Assembly (NCBI GenBank): GCA_048524725.1
Contig: DBFVGT010000010.1
Location: 1,125-65,124, forward strand
Source: Collinsella sp.
GTDB lineage: Bacteria > Actinomycetota > Coriobacteriia > Coriobacteriales > Coriobacteriaceae
DNA length: 64,000 nt
Direction of reading: 5' to 3'
How positions within the stretch are numbered: position 1 is the first letter of the stretch; each line of letters opens with the position of its first letter. A program made the position numbers and the translations under genes. The notes under the pieces were generated by a model, which had not been told where the DNA came from, did no database searches, and saw only the letters and a program-made list of their open reading frames with translations. Positions 26,785 through 35,398 of this stretch are shown one piece after another.

Positions 26785-27357
26785 CTACTCCACCTGCCAG
26801 TCGGGGCGCGGGCAGCACGGGCTGTTGGCCACGAACTCCATGTACTGCGGCATGCTGGCGAACTGGTAGCGCGCCCCGCAGCTGCGGCAGTGGGCCGTGA
26901 AGGGGCCGTCTGCGGGCGGCTGCTTCTCCTCGGGCGCGGGCTGCTCCTCCATGGCGTCGGGATCGCTCTGCCCGTCGATGGCGAACGCGCCGCACAGCGC
27001 GTACTTGCGGGCGTAGCTCGACGCCATGCCGGTCACCTGGGCGTCGTCCGAGCCCTTCTTGTGCTCGTCCTCGCGGGCGTAGGCGCTCACCTGCAGCAGG
27101 CCCTCGCCGCCCTCGGCGGGGAACACGCACGCCGTGGACTTCACGTAGTAGCGGTCGCCTATCTGCACCAGTTCGTCGGTCATGAAGAACGCCAGGCCCT
27201 CCTTGGCGCACGGCTCCTTCAGCGCGGCCACTATGTCCTCGTAGCTGCGGTAGCTGAACTTGCCGAAAGCGTTGTACTTGGCCTTGGGCACCACCACGGC
27301 GCGCTGCACGCGGGCAACGGCCGCCATGAGGTCGATGGACTGCTGTTCCTGGGTCAT
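26785..27357 (-). CDS. ERF-family ssDNA annealing protein
   Basis: KAKYNAFGKFSYRSYEDI; DDAQVTGMASSYARKYAL. Confidence 0.9.
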   Translation of the reverse strand: MTQEQQSIDLMAAVARVQRAVVVPKAKYNAFGKFSYRSYEDIVAALKEPCAKEGLAFFMTDELVQIGDRYYVKSTACVFPAEGGEGLLQVSAYAREDEHKKGSDDAQVTGMASSYARKYALCGAFAIDGQSDPDAMEEQPAPEEKQPPADGPFTAHCRSCGARYQFASMPQYMEFVANSPCCPRPDWQVE

Positions 27358-27358
27358 G

Positions 27359-28369
27359 CTAGTAGCCTCCGTTCATCCGCTCGTAAACCTGGCCCACCGT
27401 GCCGTGCATGATGGTGCCCACGACGCCCTGCGCCTTGAGGGCCGCCGCGACGCCCTGCATCTGCTCGCGCGTGGCGCACGGCACCACGACCGTCCACGGG
27501 TCGCCCGCCATGGCCACGGGTGCCGGTGCGGGCGGCGCTGGCGGCACCGGGGCGGGCATGGGCGCGGGCTGCGGCTCGGGCATCTGCTCAAGCGGCTGCG
27601 GGAACTCTGCGGGCTGGCATTCCGCGGGCTCGGGCACCGCTTCGGGTTCGGGTTCGGGCTCTTCCACGGGTTCCGGCTCCATGGCCGCCTTCAGCTCGGC
27701 GATGCGCCGGCGCTCATCCTCGGCCTTGTGCGCCGCCGTTATGGCCGCGCCCAGGTCCAGGGTGGCGAACAGCTCGCGCTCGGCCTCGTCGTAGAACGGT
27801 TCGCCCTGGAACTGCGCCTTGAGGGTTTCCCAGTCCTGGGCCAGGCGCTCCACCTTGGCCTCCAGGGCCTTGAATGCCTTCACCTCGCCGAAGGTCTTGT
27901 TGGTCCACTGCTTCTCGTGGAAACGCTTATAGGGCACGACGGGGGCCAGCAGCCCGGCGAACTCCTCGTAGTGCTCCCGCAGCTTGGCGTACGCGCGCAG
28001 CTGGCGCTCCTCCTCGGCCTCGTCCAGCTGCGCCTTGATGCCGTCGGCTGCCTGCTTCGCGATGCCCGCCACGGCCTTGCACCTGTCCTCGAACGCGGCC
28101 AGGGGCTTCGTGTACTCGCGGCTCACGGCCTTGCGGCGCTCGTCTATCTCCTTGGCGATGCCGTTGAGGTAGGCGCGGTCGCGCTTGGCGGCCTTCACGT
28201 TCTCGTCCTTGCCCATGTCGTAGGTCGCGCCCTCGTAGTCGGCCACCAGCCTGCGCACGTGCGCCTCCAGGGCGTCGAAGTTGGCCTCGATCACGGCGGG
28301 GGAGTACGCCACGGTCAGCTCTGACGCCTCCTCGGGCTCGATGATCTCGGCCTCAACTGCTTCGCTCAT
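27359..28369 (-). CDS. DUF1351-like coiled-coil protein
   Basis: IEANFDALE...AKRDRAYLN...IDERRKAV; upstream of ERF. Confidence 0.75.
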   Translation of the reverse strand: MSEAVEAEIIEPEEASELTVAYSPAVIEANFDALEAHVRRLVADYEGATYDMGKDENVKAAKRDRAYLNGIAKEIDERRKAVSREYTKPLAAFEDRCKAVAGIAKQAADGIKAQLDEAEEERQLRAYAKLREHYEEFAGLLAPVVPYKRFHEKQWTNKTFGEVKAFKALEAKVERLAQDWETLKAQFQGEPFYDEAERELFATLDLGAAITAAHKAEDERRRIAELKAAMEPEPVEEPEPEPEAVPEPAECQPAEFPQPLEQMPEPQPAPMPAPVPPAPPAPAPVAMAGDPWTVVVPCATREQMQGVAAALKAQGVVGTIMHGTVGQVYERMNGGY

Positions 28370-29653
28370 TTACTCCTCGCTTCCCAGGCGCGCCATGCAC
28401 GCCTCGTAGGTTTCCGTCTCGGCCGCGTTCGGCTCGTAGCCGTCGGCCTTCATGGCCTCGTAGATGATGGTCACGTTCTCGACCGTCTCTCGGTTGAAGT
28501 ACACGGAGCTGCCGCCTTCCATGAGGCTCCAGGCCGTATAGCCGCTCATGTTCCACGCTGCCCGCCAGCCCATGGCCACGGCCAGCTCGGTGGGCGTGCG
28601 GTCGATGGGTCGGCCCAGCAGCTCCTCGAACGATTCCACGGCCTCGGCCTCCATGACGAACGCGGTCAGCGCCAGAGCCGTGCGGTGCATCGACTTGAGG
28701 TCGCCCGCGTGGGCGGCAAGCCACTCGCGGCGGGCCTTCGCGCCGTCCTCGTAGGCGGCCTGGAAGTCGGCCTTGCGCTGGGCTGCGGCCTGTGCGGCCT
28801 CGTCGGCCCCCTCGGCCACCGGCGCCAGCAGGGTCACGCCGAACGACGTCTCCTCGGCCAGAAGCCCCGCGCCCGCGTTGTCGGCCACGTAGGCGTCCAG
28901 CGCCGCCAGATCGGGGCGGTAGTCGGAAAACGTGCGGCATGCGGCGAAGCCCTCGGGGCATTCGTCGACGAACTCGACGCCCGCGTCGGCAAGCACCGCC
29001 ACCACCTCGGCGCGGTTGCGCCTCTGCTCGGCCTTGGCCTTCAGGCCCGCGTACACGCGCTGCCATTCGGACTGCTTGCAGTCGCGCAGCTCGGCCACGG
29101 CCTCGTCGTCGCCCTCGAACTCGGCGATGGCGGCCAGGCGGTCGAGCGTCATGTCGTAGGCGGCGTCCTGCACCCTGCGGGCGGCGCGGCGCGCCTTGGC
29201 CACGGTGCCCGCGTCGGTGCGGGCGGCCACGGCCACCTCCTCGTCGGGAATGTCGAGCGCCAGCATGGTCTGCACGCCGCGCGACTTCTCCTCGGCGGTC
29301 AGCCCCAGCTTGGCGTCGGTCTCCACCATGGCCTTGGCGGCCTCCACGCGCGCCAGCTCGGCGTCGTCCAGGTCGTCGTAGACCTCGGCGAGGAAACGCT
29401 CGGTGCCGATGGCCCTCATGGCGCGCACGCGGCACTCGCCGTCGATGATCCAGTAGATGCCGCCCTCCTTGTACAGGATGGGCTTCATGACGGGCTGGCC
29501 GGGGTTGAGACGGTTGGCCTTGAACTGCGCGGCCAGGCCCGCGATGTGCTCGGCGCTCTCCCTGGTGGTGAAGTCGCGCGGGTTCATCGGCTCGCCGTCG
29601 GTGCGCTCGTAGGGGTACACGTCGCAGATCGCGACCTCCTCTAGCGATTGCAT
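28370..29653 (-). CDS. ParB N-terminal domain protein
   Basis: NPR...LAAQF...PILY...YWIIDGECRVRAM. Confidence 0.75.
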   Translation of the reverse strand: MQSLEEVAICDVYPYERTDGEPMNPRDFTTRESAEHIAGLAAQFKANRLNPGQPVMKPILYKEGGIYWIIDGECRVRAMRAIGTERFLAEVYDDLDDAELARVEAAKAMVETDAKLGLTAEEKSRGVQTMLALDIPDEEVAVAARTDAGTVAKARRAARRVQDAAYDMTLDRLAAIAEFEGDDEAVAELRDCKQSEWQRVYAGLKAKAEQRRNRAEVVAVLADAGVEFVDECPEGFAACRTFSDYRPDLAALDAYVADNAGAGLLAEETSFGVTLLAPVAEGADEAAQAAAQRKADFQAAYEDGAKARREWLAAHAGDLKSMHRTALALTAFVMEAEAVESFEELLGRPIDRTPTELAVAMGWRAAWNMSGYTAWSLMEGGSSVYFNRETVENVTIIYEAMKADGYEPNAAETETYEACMARLGSEE

Positions 29654-29937
29654 GCGCGGGCCTCCTCGCCTACGACCACGCGGCACTCCATGCCCACCAG
29701 GCGGGCGCGGCACGCCACGCGGGCCACCTCGCCCATGAGCGCGATGCGCTTGGTGGGCACGGGGCCGTTCTTGATTTGCGCGGCCATGCAGGCGGCCCCC
29801 ATGTTGAACGCCTGGCGCATGGCGGCGTCGAAGCCGCCGTCGCCCGGCTCGGGCACGGGGACGGCGCGCTCGATGCGCTTCAGGATGCTGTCCACCGTCT
29901 TGTCCGCGACGGTCTTGCTGATGATTTCCGTGAGCAT
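29641..29937 (-). CDS. Hypothetical protein
   Basis: AGGAG RBS; 98 aa. Confidence 0.55.
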   Translation of the reverse strand: MLTEIISKTVADKTVDSILKRIERAVPVPEPGDGGFDAAMRQAFNMGAACMAAQIKNGPVPTKRIALMGEVARVACRARLVGMECRVVVGEEARACNR

Positions 29938-29979
29938 TTGGGTCTCCTAACTGGGAAAACTAAAAGTGATAAAAACTTT

Positions 29980-30537
29980 TCAGGATTTCGGAACTTTTTT
30001 CTCTATGCGCTCCTTGCGCTTCTGCGCCGCCTTGACCCTGCGGTACAGGTAACGGCACAGCCACCGCTCCATGGCCTCGTCGTGCGCCTCTGCTGCCTTG
30101 TCGGCGGCGTAGCGGCTCATGCCCGAGGTGTCCGGGGCCTGCGGCATGGGGTCGGTGCGGCTCTCTCGGCCGCACTCGGTGCGCTCGTAGGTGCGGCGCT
30201 CCTCTGCGGTCAGCCTCGGCAGCAGCTCGGCTATGCGGGCCTCTATGGCCTCAAGCTGCTGCTGGCGTCTGCACGGTTCGCAGATGCCGTCCTTGCCGAG
30301 GGTCGCCCTGCGGCACCCGCACGACGGGCACAGCTCCAGGCGGTGGCGGTAGCAGCGCAGGGACACGTGGCCGCCGCTGGCGTTGATCACGCGCCGCGCG
30401 TTATCCAACTGGTTCTTGGACAGCCGCAGCTCGCGGCGAATCTCGCGGGCGGGCACCTTTCCCGCCAGCTCGGCTATGCGGTCGAGGTCGGCCTTGCGCC
30501 ACGCCCTGTGTGGCCTGCCCTTGTCTCGGCGGGTCAC
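29980..30537 (-). CDS. Putative DNA-binding protein (HTH-like N-terminus, CxxC-CxxC)
   Basis: GTG start coupled to the RusA-like stop; WRKADLDRIAELAG; CPSC...CEPC. Confidence 0.55.
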   Translation of the reverse strand: MTRRDKGRPHRAWRKADLDRIAELAGKVPAREIRRELRLSKNQLDNARRVINASGGHVSLRCYRHRLELCPSCGCRRATLGKDGICEPCRRQQQLEAIEARIAELLPRLTAEERRTYERTECGRESRTDPMPQAPDTSGMSRYAADKAAEAHDEAMERWLCRYLYRRVKAAQKRKERIEKKVPKS

Positions 30538-30899
30538 TCGTCGCTCACCTCCACGACCACGCGGGGGCGCGCCCTGTCGGTGAGCACCCTGTCGGGGCAC
30601 TGCTCCACGTACTTGCGGGAGTCGTCCTTGATTACGCCCGCCGCCACCAGGCCGTCGAGCACGAACTTGCGCGCGAAGCCCACGTTGTCGGCGTCGCGGC
30701 GCATGTCGGGCTCGTAGAACGTGGTGCGCACGGTCACCCGGCGCTCGAAGCGCGGCGCGCGCTGCTGCATGGCCGCCGCCCTCACGCGCGCCGTCTCGCG
30801 CTTCTTCATGGCCGCCGCCTTGTAGCGGTTGGCGCGCTCGGCGCTGATGTAGTCGTTCAGGCTCGGCATTCGGCCCTCGACCGTGACGGTGCACCTCAT
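30534..30899 (-). CDS. RusA-like Holliday junction resolvase
   Basis: PSLNDY...RRDADNV...KFVLDGLV.AGVIKDDS. Confidence 0.8.
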   Translation of the reverse strand: MRCTVTVEGRMPSLNDYISAERANRYKAAAMKKRETARVRAAAMQQRAPRFERRVTVRTTFYEPDMRRDADNVGFARKFVLDGLVAAGVIKDDSRKYVEQCPDRVLTDRARPRVVVEVSDE

Positions 30900-31294
30900 T
30901 GCGCGCCCCTGTCGTAGATGCCCTGCGCCTCGGTTAGCGTGGAGGCGGCGAAAACGGCTGGGCCCACGATGGCCTCCCACGTGCCCACCAGGTCCACGGA
31001 GTCCACCGGCGTGCGGCGGAAGCTCACGGCGGCCAGCATGGAGGGGCGCTGCAGCACCATGTAGCGGGACAGCACGCTCCACAGGTTGTGGTCGCGCTTG
31101 AACTCGCTGGCCTCGCTCACGGTCATGCCGTTCTGGCACGCCAGGGTGTACACGTTGTCGCGCTGGATGACGTGGCCCTCCAGCATCAGGCGGTAGCAGA
31201 TGCGGCGCAGCTTCGCCCATGTATCGGGGTTCGAGGCAACCAAGCCGCACGCCTTGGCCACGAGGGCCTGGGCCTTGGCGTCTACCTCGGCCAT
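30896..31294 (-). CDS. Hypothetical protein
   Basis: GGAGG RBS; start MAEVDAKAQ; coupled to the next gene. Confidence 0.6.
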   Translation of the reverse strand: MAEVDAKAQALVAKACGLVASNPDTWAKLRRICYRLMLEGHVIQRDNVYTLACQNGMTVSEASEFKRDHNLWSVLSRYMVLQRPSMLAAVSFRRTPVDSVDLVGTWEAIVGPAVFAASTLTEAQGIYDRGAQ

Positions 31295-31570
31295 ACTGTT
31301 GCCTCCAGCGCCCATGTGGCGGCGATGCACGCGCAGACGAACAGGGCGGCGAAAACGGCCTGCAGCCTCTCGCGGCGCTGCTCGGGTGTTACACTGGTCT
31401 CGGTTCGGAAGTGAACCGTTGCGGTGCGCGTCTTTCGCTTGCCGGCTGCGACGCGCACCCTCTTTCCCTTGATCTTTTCCATTCCTGGAACTTCCTCTCG
31501 TTCTCTGGGTCCTTGTAGAACTCGCGCATCATGGCGGCGCACTCGTCGCACATGGCGCGCTGTATCGGGG

Positions 31571-31815
31571 TCATTCGCCCGCGACGCCCGGCAGAAGCAG
31601 CGGGGCGTCCTCGTAGGCGACCTCACCGGTGTCCCTATCCACGAACATCACCTCCTGGTCGTCGTACACGTGGATGTTGAGCATCTGGCCCGTGAACTCC
31701 ACCAGCTTGGGGATGAAGTCACGGAACTTCGGGTCCAGCTCAAACTGCAGCACGCACTTGCCGCTCTTCACGTTGAGGGCGGTGAACCCCCCCGTACGGT
31801 CACCTCGTTCAGCAT
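31571..31815 (-). pseudogene. Small early gene frameshifted at a G7 tract
   Basis: AGGAG RBS and ATG at 31815 are out of frame with the body; G8 or G5 would restore MLNEVTVRG(G)FTALNVK... Confidence 0.6.
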
Positions 31816-31818
31816 GGC

Positions 31819-32157
31819 CTACTCCTTCTCGTCGTGCGCGGTGTCGCGCGCGATGGTCTTGAAGTCGGTGCTCCAGCCCTTGCCGTTCACGCTGAACTGC
31901 ACGGAGCTGTAGACGTTGAACTGCATGCCGCCGAGCTCGAACCAGGTCGTGCTCGCCTCCAGAAGCTCGATGCCGCTCGTCTGGAAGCCCCACATGGCCG
32001 CGATGCGGCGCTTGAGGCTGACGTGCGTCTCCTCCATGCAGCCGTTCTCGGCCAGCTCGAAGCTGACGGCCATGCGCTTGCGGTCGTCGATGAGGTGGTC
32101 GAGCGTTTTGCCGATGATCTCGGCGACGAACTCGGGCTGGTGGCTCTTGGTGGTCAT
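31819..32157 (-). CDS. Hypothetical early protein
   Basis: AAGGAG RBS; 112 aa after cro. Confidence 0.65.
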   Translation of the reverse strand: MTTKSHQPEFVAEIIGKTLDHLIDDRKRMAVSFELAENGCMEETHVSLKRRIAAMWGFQTSGIELLEASTTWFELGGMQFNVYSSVQFSVNGKGWSTDFKTIARDTAHDEKE

Positions 32158-32185
32158 GGTGTGTCTCCTTTTCTAATAGGTAAAT

Positions 32186-32383
32186 CTAATTACAGTTTGA
32201 AGCGAAAAAAATTTCTTCGGGTTTGTAGCCCAAGAAGTCGGCGGCCTTTTTAGCCGTCTCGATGCGCATACGGTCGGGGTGGTCTTCATAAACATCGTAT
32301 GTAGGTCCTGAAATGCCCAGATGTTCAGCCATTGCCTTCTTGGTTACGCCCTTGCTCATGCGCGCCTGCTTGAGTGACTTCAT
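32186..32383 (-). CDS. Cro-like HTH protein
   Basis: SLKQARMSKGVTKKAMAEHLGIS..TY..YE; divergent from the repressor. Confidence 0.88.
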   Translation of the reverse strand: MKSLKQARMSKGVTKKAMAEHLGISGPTYDVYEDHPDRMRIETAKKAADFLGYKPEEIFFASNCN

Positions 32384-32404
32384 ACTCCCTCCTTTCTGTC
32401 CATA

Positions 32405-32433
32405 ACTGTAATTAATCTTCAGAACACGGTCAA
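32405..32433 (-). promoter_or_regulatory. Lytic (cro) promoter with overlapping operator-like inverted repeat
   Basis: TTGACC-N17-TACAGT on the minus strand; TTAATCTT (32412-19) / AAGATTAA (32432-39). Confidence 0.6.
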
Positions 32434-32484
32434 GATTAACTTTGGTAAAATTGAAAATAAATTTAAGTCCTGGAAGGAGTTAAG

Positions 32485-33165
32485 ATGCCGATATCCGACA
32501 ACATAAAGAAGTTACGGCAGGTTTTCGACGTTACCCAGGATGAACTGGGTGAGATTGCAGGTGTGACAGGTAACGCCGTTTCGCAGTGGGAAAATGGCCG
32601 CTCCGAACCCCGTATGGGAGCTATTGAGCGCATGGCGGCCTGCTATCAGATTAGTAAGTCACACCTTATAGAAGACGGCGGAATGGATCAGATTGACCCC
32701 GTGACCAAAAAGCCCAAGGGCAGCCCCTATATGCCCGCCGGTGCCATGCCCGTGGTGGCCAGCAGCGCCACCGTGCCGCTGCTCACGCTCGGGCGCGTGC
32801 ACGCCGGCGCGCTCGCCGACGAGGAGGAGATAGCGCACCGCGTTGAGGTGCCCGCCTCGGTGTGCGCCGGGCACCCGCGCGCGTTCGCCCTGGAGGTCGA
32901 GGGCGACTGCATGAACCGCGTCATACCCGAGGGCAGCCACGTGCTGGTCGACCCCGACCGCCAGCCCGCCAACGGGTCCATCGCCGTGGTGGAGACCGAG
33001 GACTACCGCGCGGTCATGCGCCGCTGGTACAAGGGCAGCACCAAGCTGATGCTGTCGGCGGATAGCTTCGAGGACTACGAGGACATGATTTTCGGCATGG
33101 ACGACGGCCCCGTGCGCGTGATCGGCACGGTGGTGTGGTTCCAGGCCGCCGACGAGATGGAGTAG
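32485..33165 (+). CDS. CI-like repressor (HTH plus S24/LexA-like domain)
   Basis: TQDELGEIAGVT..AVSQWENG; VHAG; LEVEGDCM; VRVIGTVV. Confidence 0.92.
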   Translation: MPISDNIKKLRQVFDVTQDELGEIAGVTGNAVSQWENGRSEPRMGAIERMAACYQISKSHLIEDGGMDQIDPVTKKPKGSPYMPAGAMPVVASSATVPLLTLGRVHAGALADEEEIAHRVEVPASVCAGHPRAFALEVEGDCMNRVIPEGSHVLVDPDRQPANGSIAVVETEDYRAVMRRWYKGSTKLMLSADSFEDYEDMIFGMDDGPVRVIGTVVWFQAADEME

Positions 33166-33167
33166 CC

Positions 33168-33857
33168 GTGGGCTTGTTTGATTTTATGAAGCAAAAGGGG
33201 AGGAGGACGGCCGAGCCGGTTTCCTATGTTCCCGAATGTTTGGAACTCCCGGAGTCGAACTACGACGAACTATTTGACGAGTTTCAGCCGGAATGGGCTG
33301 ACCAGTTTCCCGACTTCCCCTATGAGTTCAAAGGAAGACCAGCAATCAGAACGACTTTAACCGAGCGCATGCGCGATATGTTCAGCATTGCCCCGCAGGA
33401 CGTTCCGAGAGTCGGGGCTCTTGTTCGTCAGGCCAACAGTTTGCTCGCTGATGCTCATTCCCTTGCTAGTTTTCCCGAGTTTTCCGTCCCTATGCCTGAT
33501 CTGTCGGATGCCTATAAATGCTTGTTGCGTTTTCCGCTTTGCGGCATTCGGTGCATCCCGTTTACGGAAAAAACCGGTCGGGTGTCGAAGTTTCCGTTCC
33601 GGTTTGAATACGATTCCGGGATGATGCGCAAACCCCGGTCGCCGAGGGCCCATATCACGATGACCGCCAGCTTGTTGCCGGACGGGAATCCGGGAAGGAT
33701 TGAAAGCGAGTACGCGCTTTTCGAAAACGGTGCCGCGTTCGGCCACTATTGGAAAGTGACTTCAAAGGTCGTTAACGGAGAACTCGTCGTCTCCCGAATC
33801 AGCGAAATGAGTCCGACAGGCGATACTCCGCCAACTCTTTACACATTAGGCAGGTAG
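33168..33857 (+). CDS. Accessory protein of unknown function in the lysogeny module
   Basis: 229 aa; visibly lower GC than flanking genes; lies between repressor and integrase. Confidence 0.7.
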   Translation: MGLFDFMKQKGRRTAEPVSYVPECLELPESNYDELFDEFQPEWADQFPDFPYEFKGRPAIRTTLTERMRDMFSIAPQDVPRVGALVRQANSLLADAHSLASFPEFSVPMPDLSDAYKCLLRFPLCGIRCIPFTEKTGRVSKFPFRFEYDSGMMRKPRSPRAHITMTASLLPDGNPGRIESEYALFENGAAFGHYWKVTSKVVNGELVVSRISEMSPTGDTPPTLYTLGR

Positions 33858-33859
33858 CC

Positions 33860-35398
33860 ATGGGCGGACGTGCGGCGATATATGCCCGCTTCTCCAGCCA
33901 CAACCAGCGCGGCGAGTCCATAGAGATACAGGTGGAGAAGTCCCGCGCCTACTGCGCCGAGAACGACCTGCGCGTGGTGGCCACGTACTGCGACTTCGCG
34001 CAGACGGGCACCAACACCGACCGCGCCGAGTTCCAGCGCATGATGGCCGACGCCAAGCGAGGGCTGTTCGATTTCGTGGTCATATATAAAGTTACCCGAA
34101 TCATGCGCAACCGCGACGAGATGGCCATGGCGCGCATCATGCTGCGCCGCTGCCGCGTCGAGATACTGTACGCGGGCGAGGACATTTCGGGCGGCTCGGC
34201 GGGCGTGCTGCAGCTGGGCATGCTGGAGGTGCTGGCGGAGTACGAGAGCGCGCTCGACGGCGAGCGCATACGCGACGGCATACAGAAGAACGCCGAGCGG
34301 TGCATGGCCAACGGCTGCGTGCGCTACGGCTGGGACATAGTGGACGGGCGCTACGTGGTCAACGAGGAGGAGGCCGCCGCCATCCGCCTGGGCGTGCGCA
34401 TGGTCTTGTCGGGCAAGTCGGTGGCCGACGTGGTGCGCGCCTGGGAGCCGTACCGCACCAAGCGCGGCGGCAAGTGGCGCTTCCAGACGGTGCGCCGCAT
34501 ACTGATGCGGCGGGAGAACGGCGGGGAGTACCGCTACGCGGGCGTGGTCGTGCCCGGCGGCATGCCCGCCATCGTTCCCATGGATGACGAGGAGAGAGTG
34601 ATACGGATGCTTGAGGACTCACACAGGCCCCGCGCCAAGACCGAAGCGTGGGACTTCCCGCTCACGGGCAAGCTCTACGACGGGCGAGACGGCGGGCTGA
34701 TGACCGGCACCAGCGGAACGGGCAAGTCGGGCAGGCCCTATCACTACTACCGCTGCCGCAGCTGCGGGCGCACTGTGCGCCGCGATGTCGTGGAGAAGCG
34801 CGTGGCCGACGCCGTGCGCGAGGCCCTGGGCAGCGCCGACAGCCGCGAGCGCATCGCTCGCATGCTGGCCGACGCCGAGGAGGAGCGCGCCGACGAGAAG
34901 CCCTTGAGCGGGACCATAAAGGGCGAGCTGGCCAAGATCGAGACGGCGTTCTCCAACATATGGACGGCCATCGAGTCGGGCATCGCGCCGCCGGGCGGCA
35001 AGGAGCGCATAGACGCGCTGAAGCAGCGGCAGGCGCTCCTCAAGGACGAGCTGCGCACGGCCGAGGCCCTTGAGGCCGCCCGCCTTGACTACGACCGCGC
35101 GCTGTTCTGGCTTGAGGGCATGGCCGCCGCCGAGGTGGACGACGCGCAGCTCCTGCGCACGTTCGTGGCGCGCGTGGTGCTGGGCGGCCCCGACGATGAC
35201 GACGGCCTGCGCGTGGCGTTCACGTTTGACGATTCTGCCGGCTTGGGCGATAATCCGTCGCTGCCTGGCGCTATAGGTCCAGGTGGCGAGGTGTTCGACC
35301 GAATGAACGCCAGCTCCACCATAAGAGAATTGGTCGAACTATGCCCTTCGGGGCATAGTTCGGCCTTTTTCTGTTTTGGCCTGAAACCATCGCCGTAG
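33860..35398 (+). CDS. Large serine integrase (phage L)
   Basis: YARFSS catalytic motif, recombinase domain, LTGKLY...YYRCRSC, coiled coil. Confidence 0.95.
   Translation: MGGRAAIYARFSSHNQRGESIEIQVEKSRAYCAENDLRVVATYCDFAQTGTNTDRAEFQRMMADAKRGLFDFVVIYKVTRIMRNRDEMAMARIMLRRCRVEILYAGEDISGGSAGVLQLGMLEVLAEYESALDGERIRDGIQKNAERCMANGCVRYGWDIVDGRYVVNEEEAAAIRLGVRMVLSGKSVADVVRAWEPYRTKRGGKWRFQTVRRILMRRENGGEYRYAGVVVPGGMPAIVPMDDEERVIRMLEDSHRPRAKTEAWDFPLTGKLYDGRDGGLMTGTSGTGKSGRPYHYYRCRSCGRTVRRDVVEKRVADAVREALGSADSRERIARMLADAEEERADEKPLSGTIKGELAKIETAFSNIWTAIESGIAPPGGKERIDALKQRQALLKDELRTAEALEAARLDYDRALFWLEGMAAAEVDDAQLLRTFVARVVLGGPDDDDGLRVAFTFDDSAGLGDNPSLPGAIGPGGEVFDRMNASSTIRELVELCPSGHSSAFFCFGLKPSP

Larger units (their letters stand above)
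1..35316 (-). mobile_element. Prophage L (siphovirus, PBSX-terminase/SPP1-like head, carries a DGR); left end outside window
   Basis: Canonical gene order integrase-repressor/cro-replication-terminase-portal-head-tail-DGR-holin-endolysin, almost all on the minus strand. Confidence 0.95.

Noticed and set aside
35293..35321. Complete tRNA or tmRNA gene at the junction
   Set aside because: Only a 14-nt 3' end and a mis-spaced GTTCGA; upstream is integrase coding sequence with no cloverleaf
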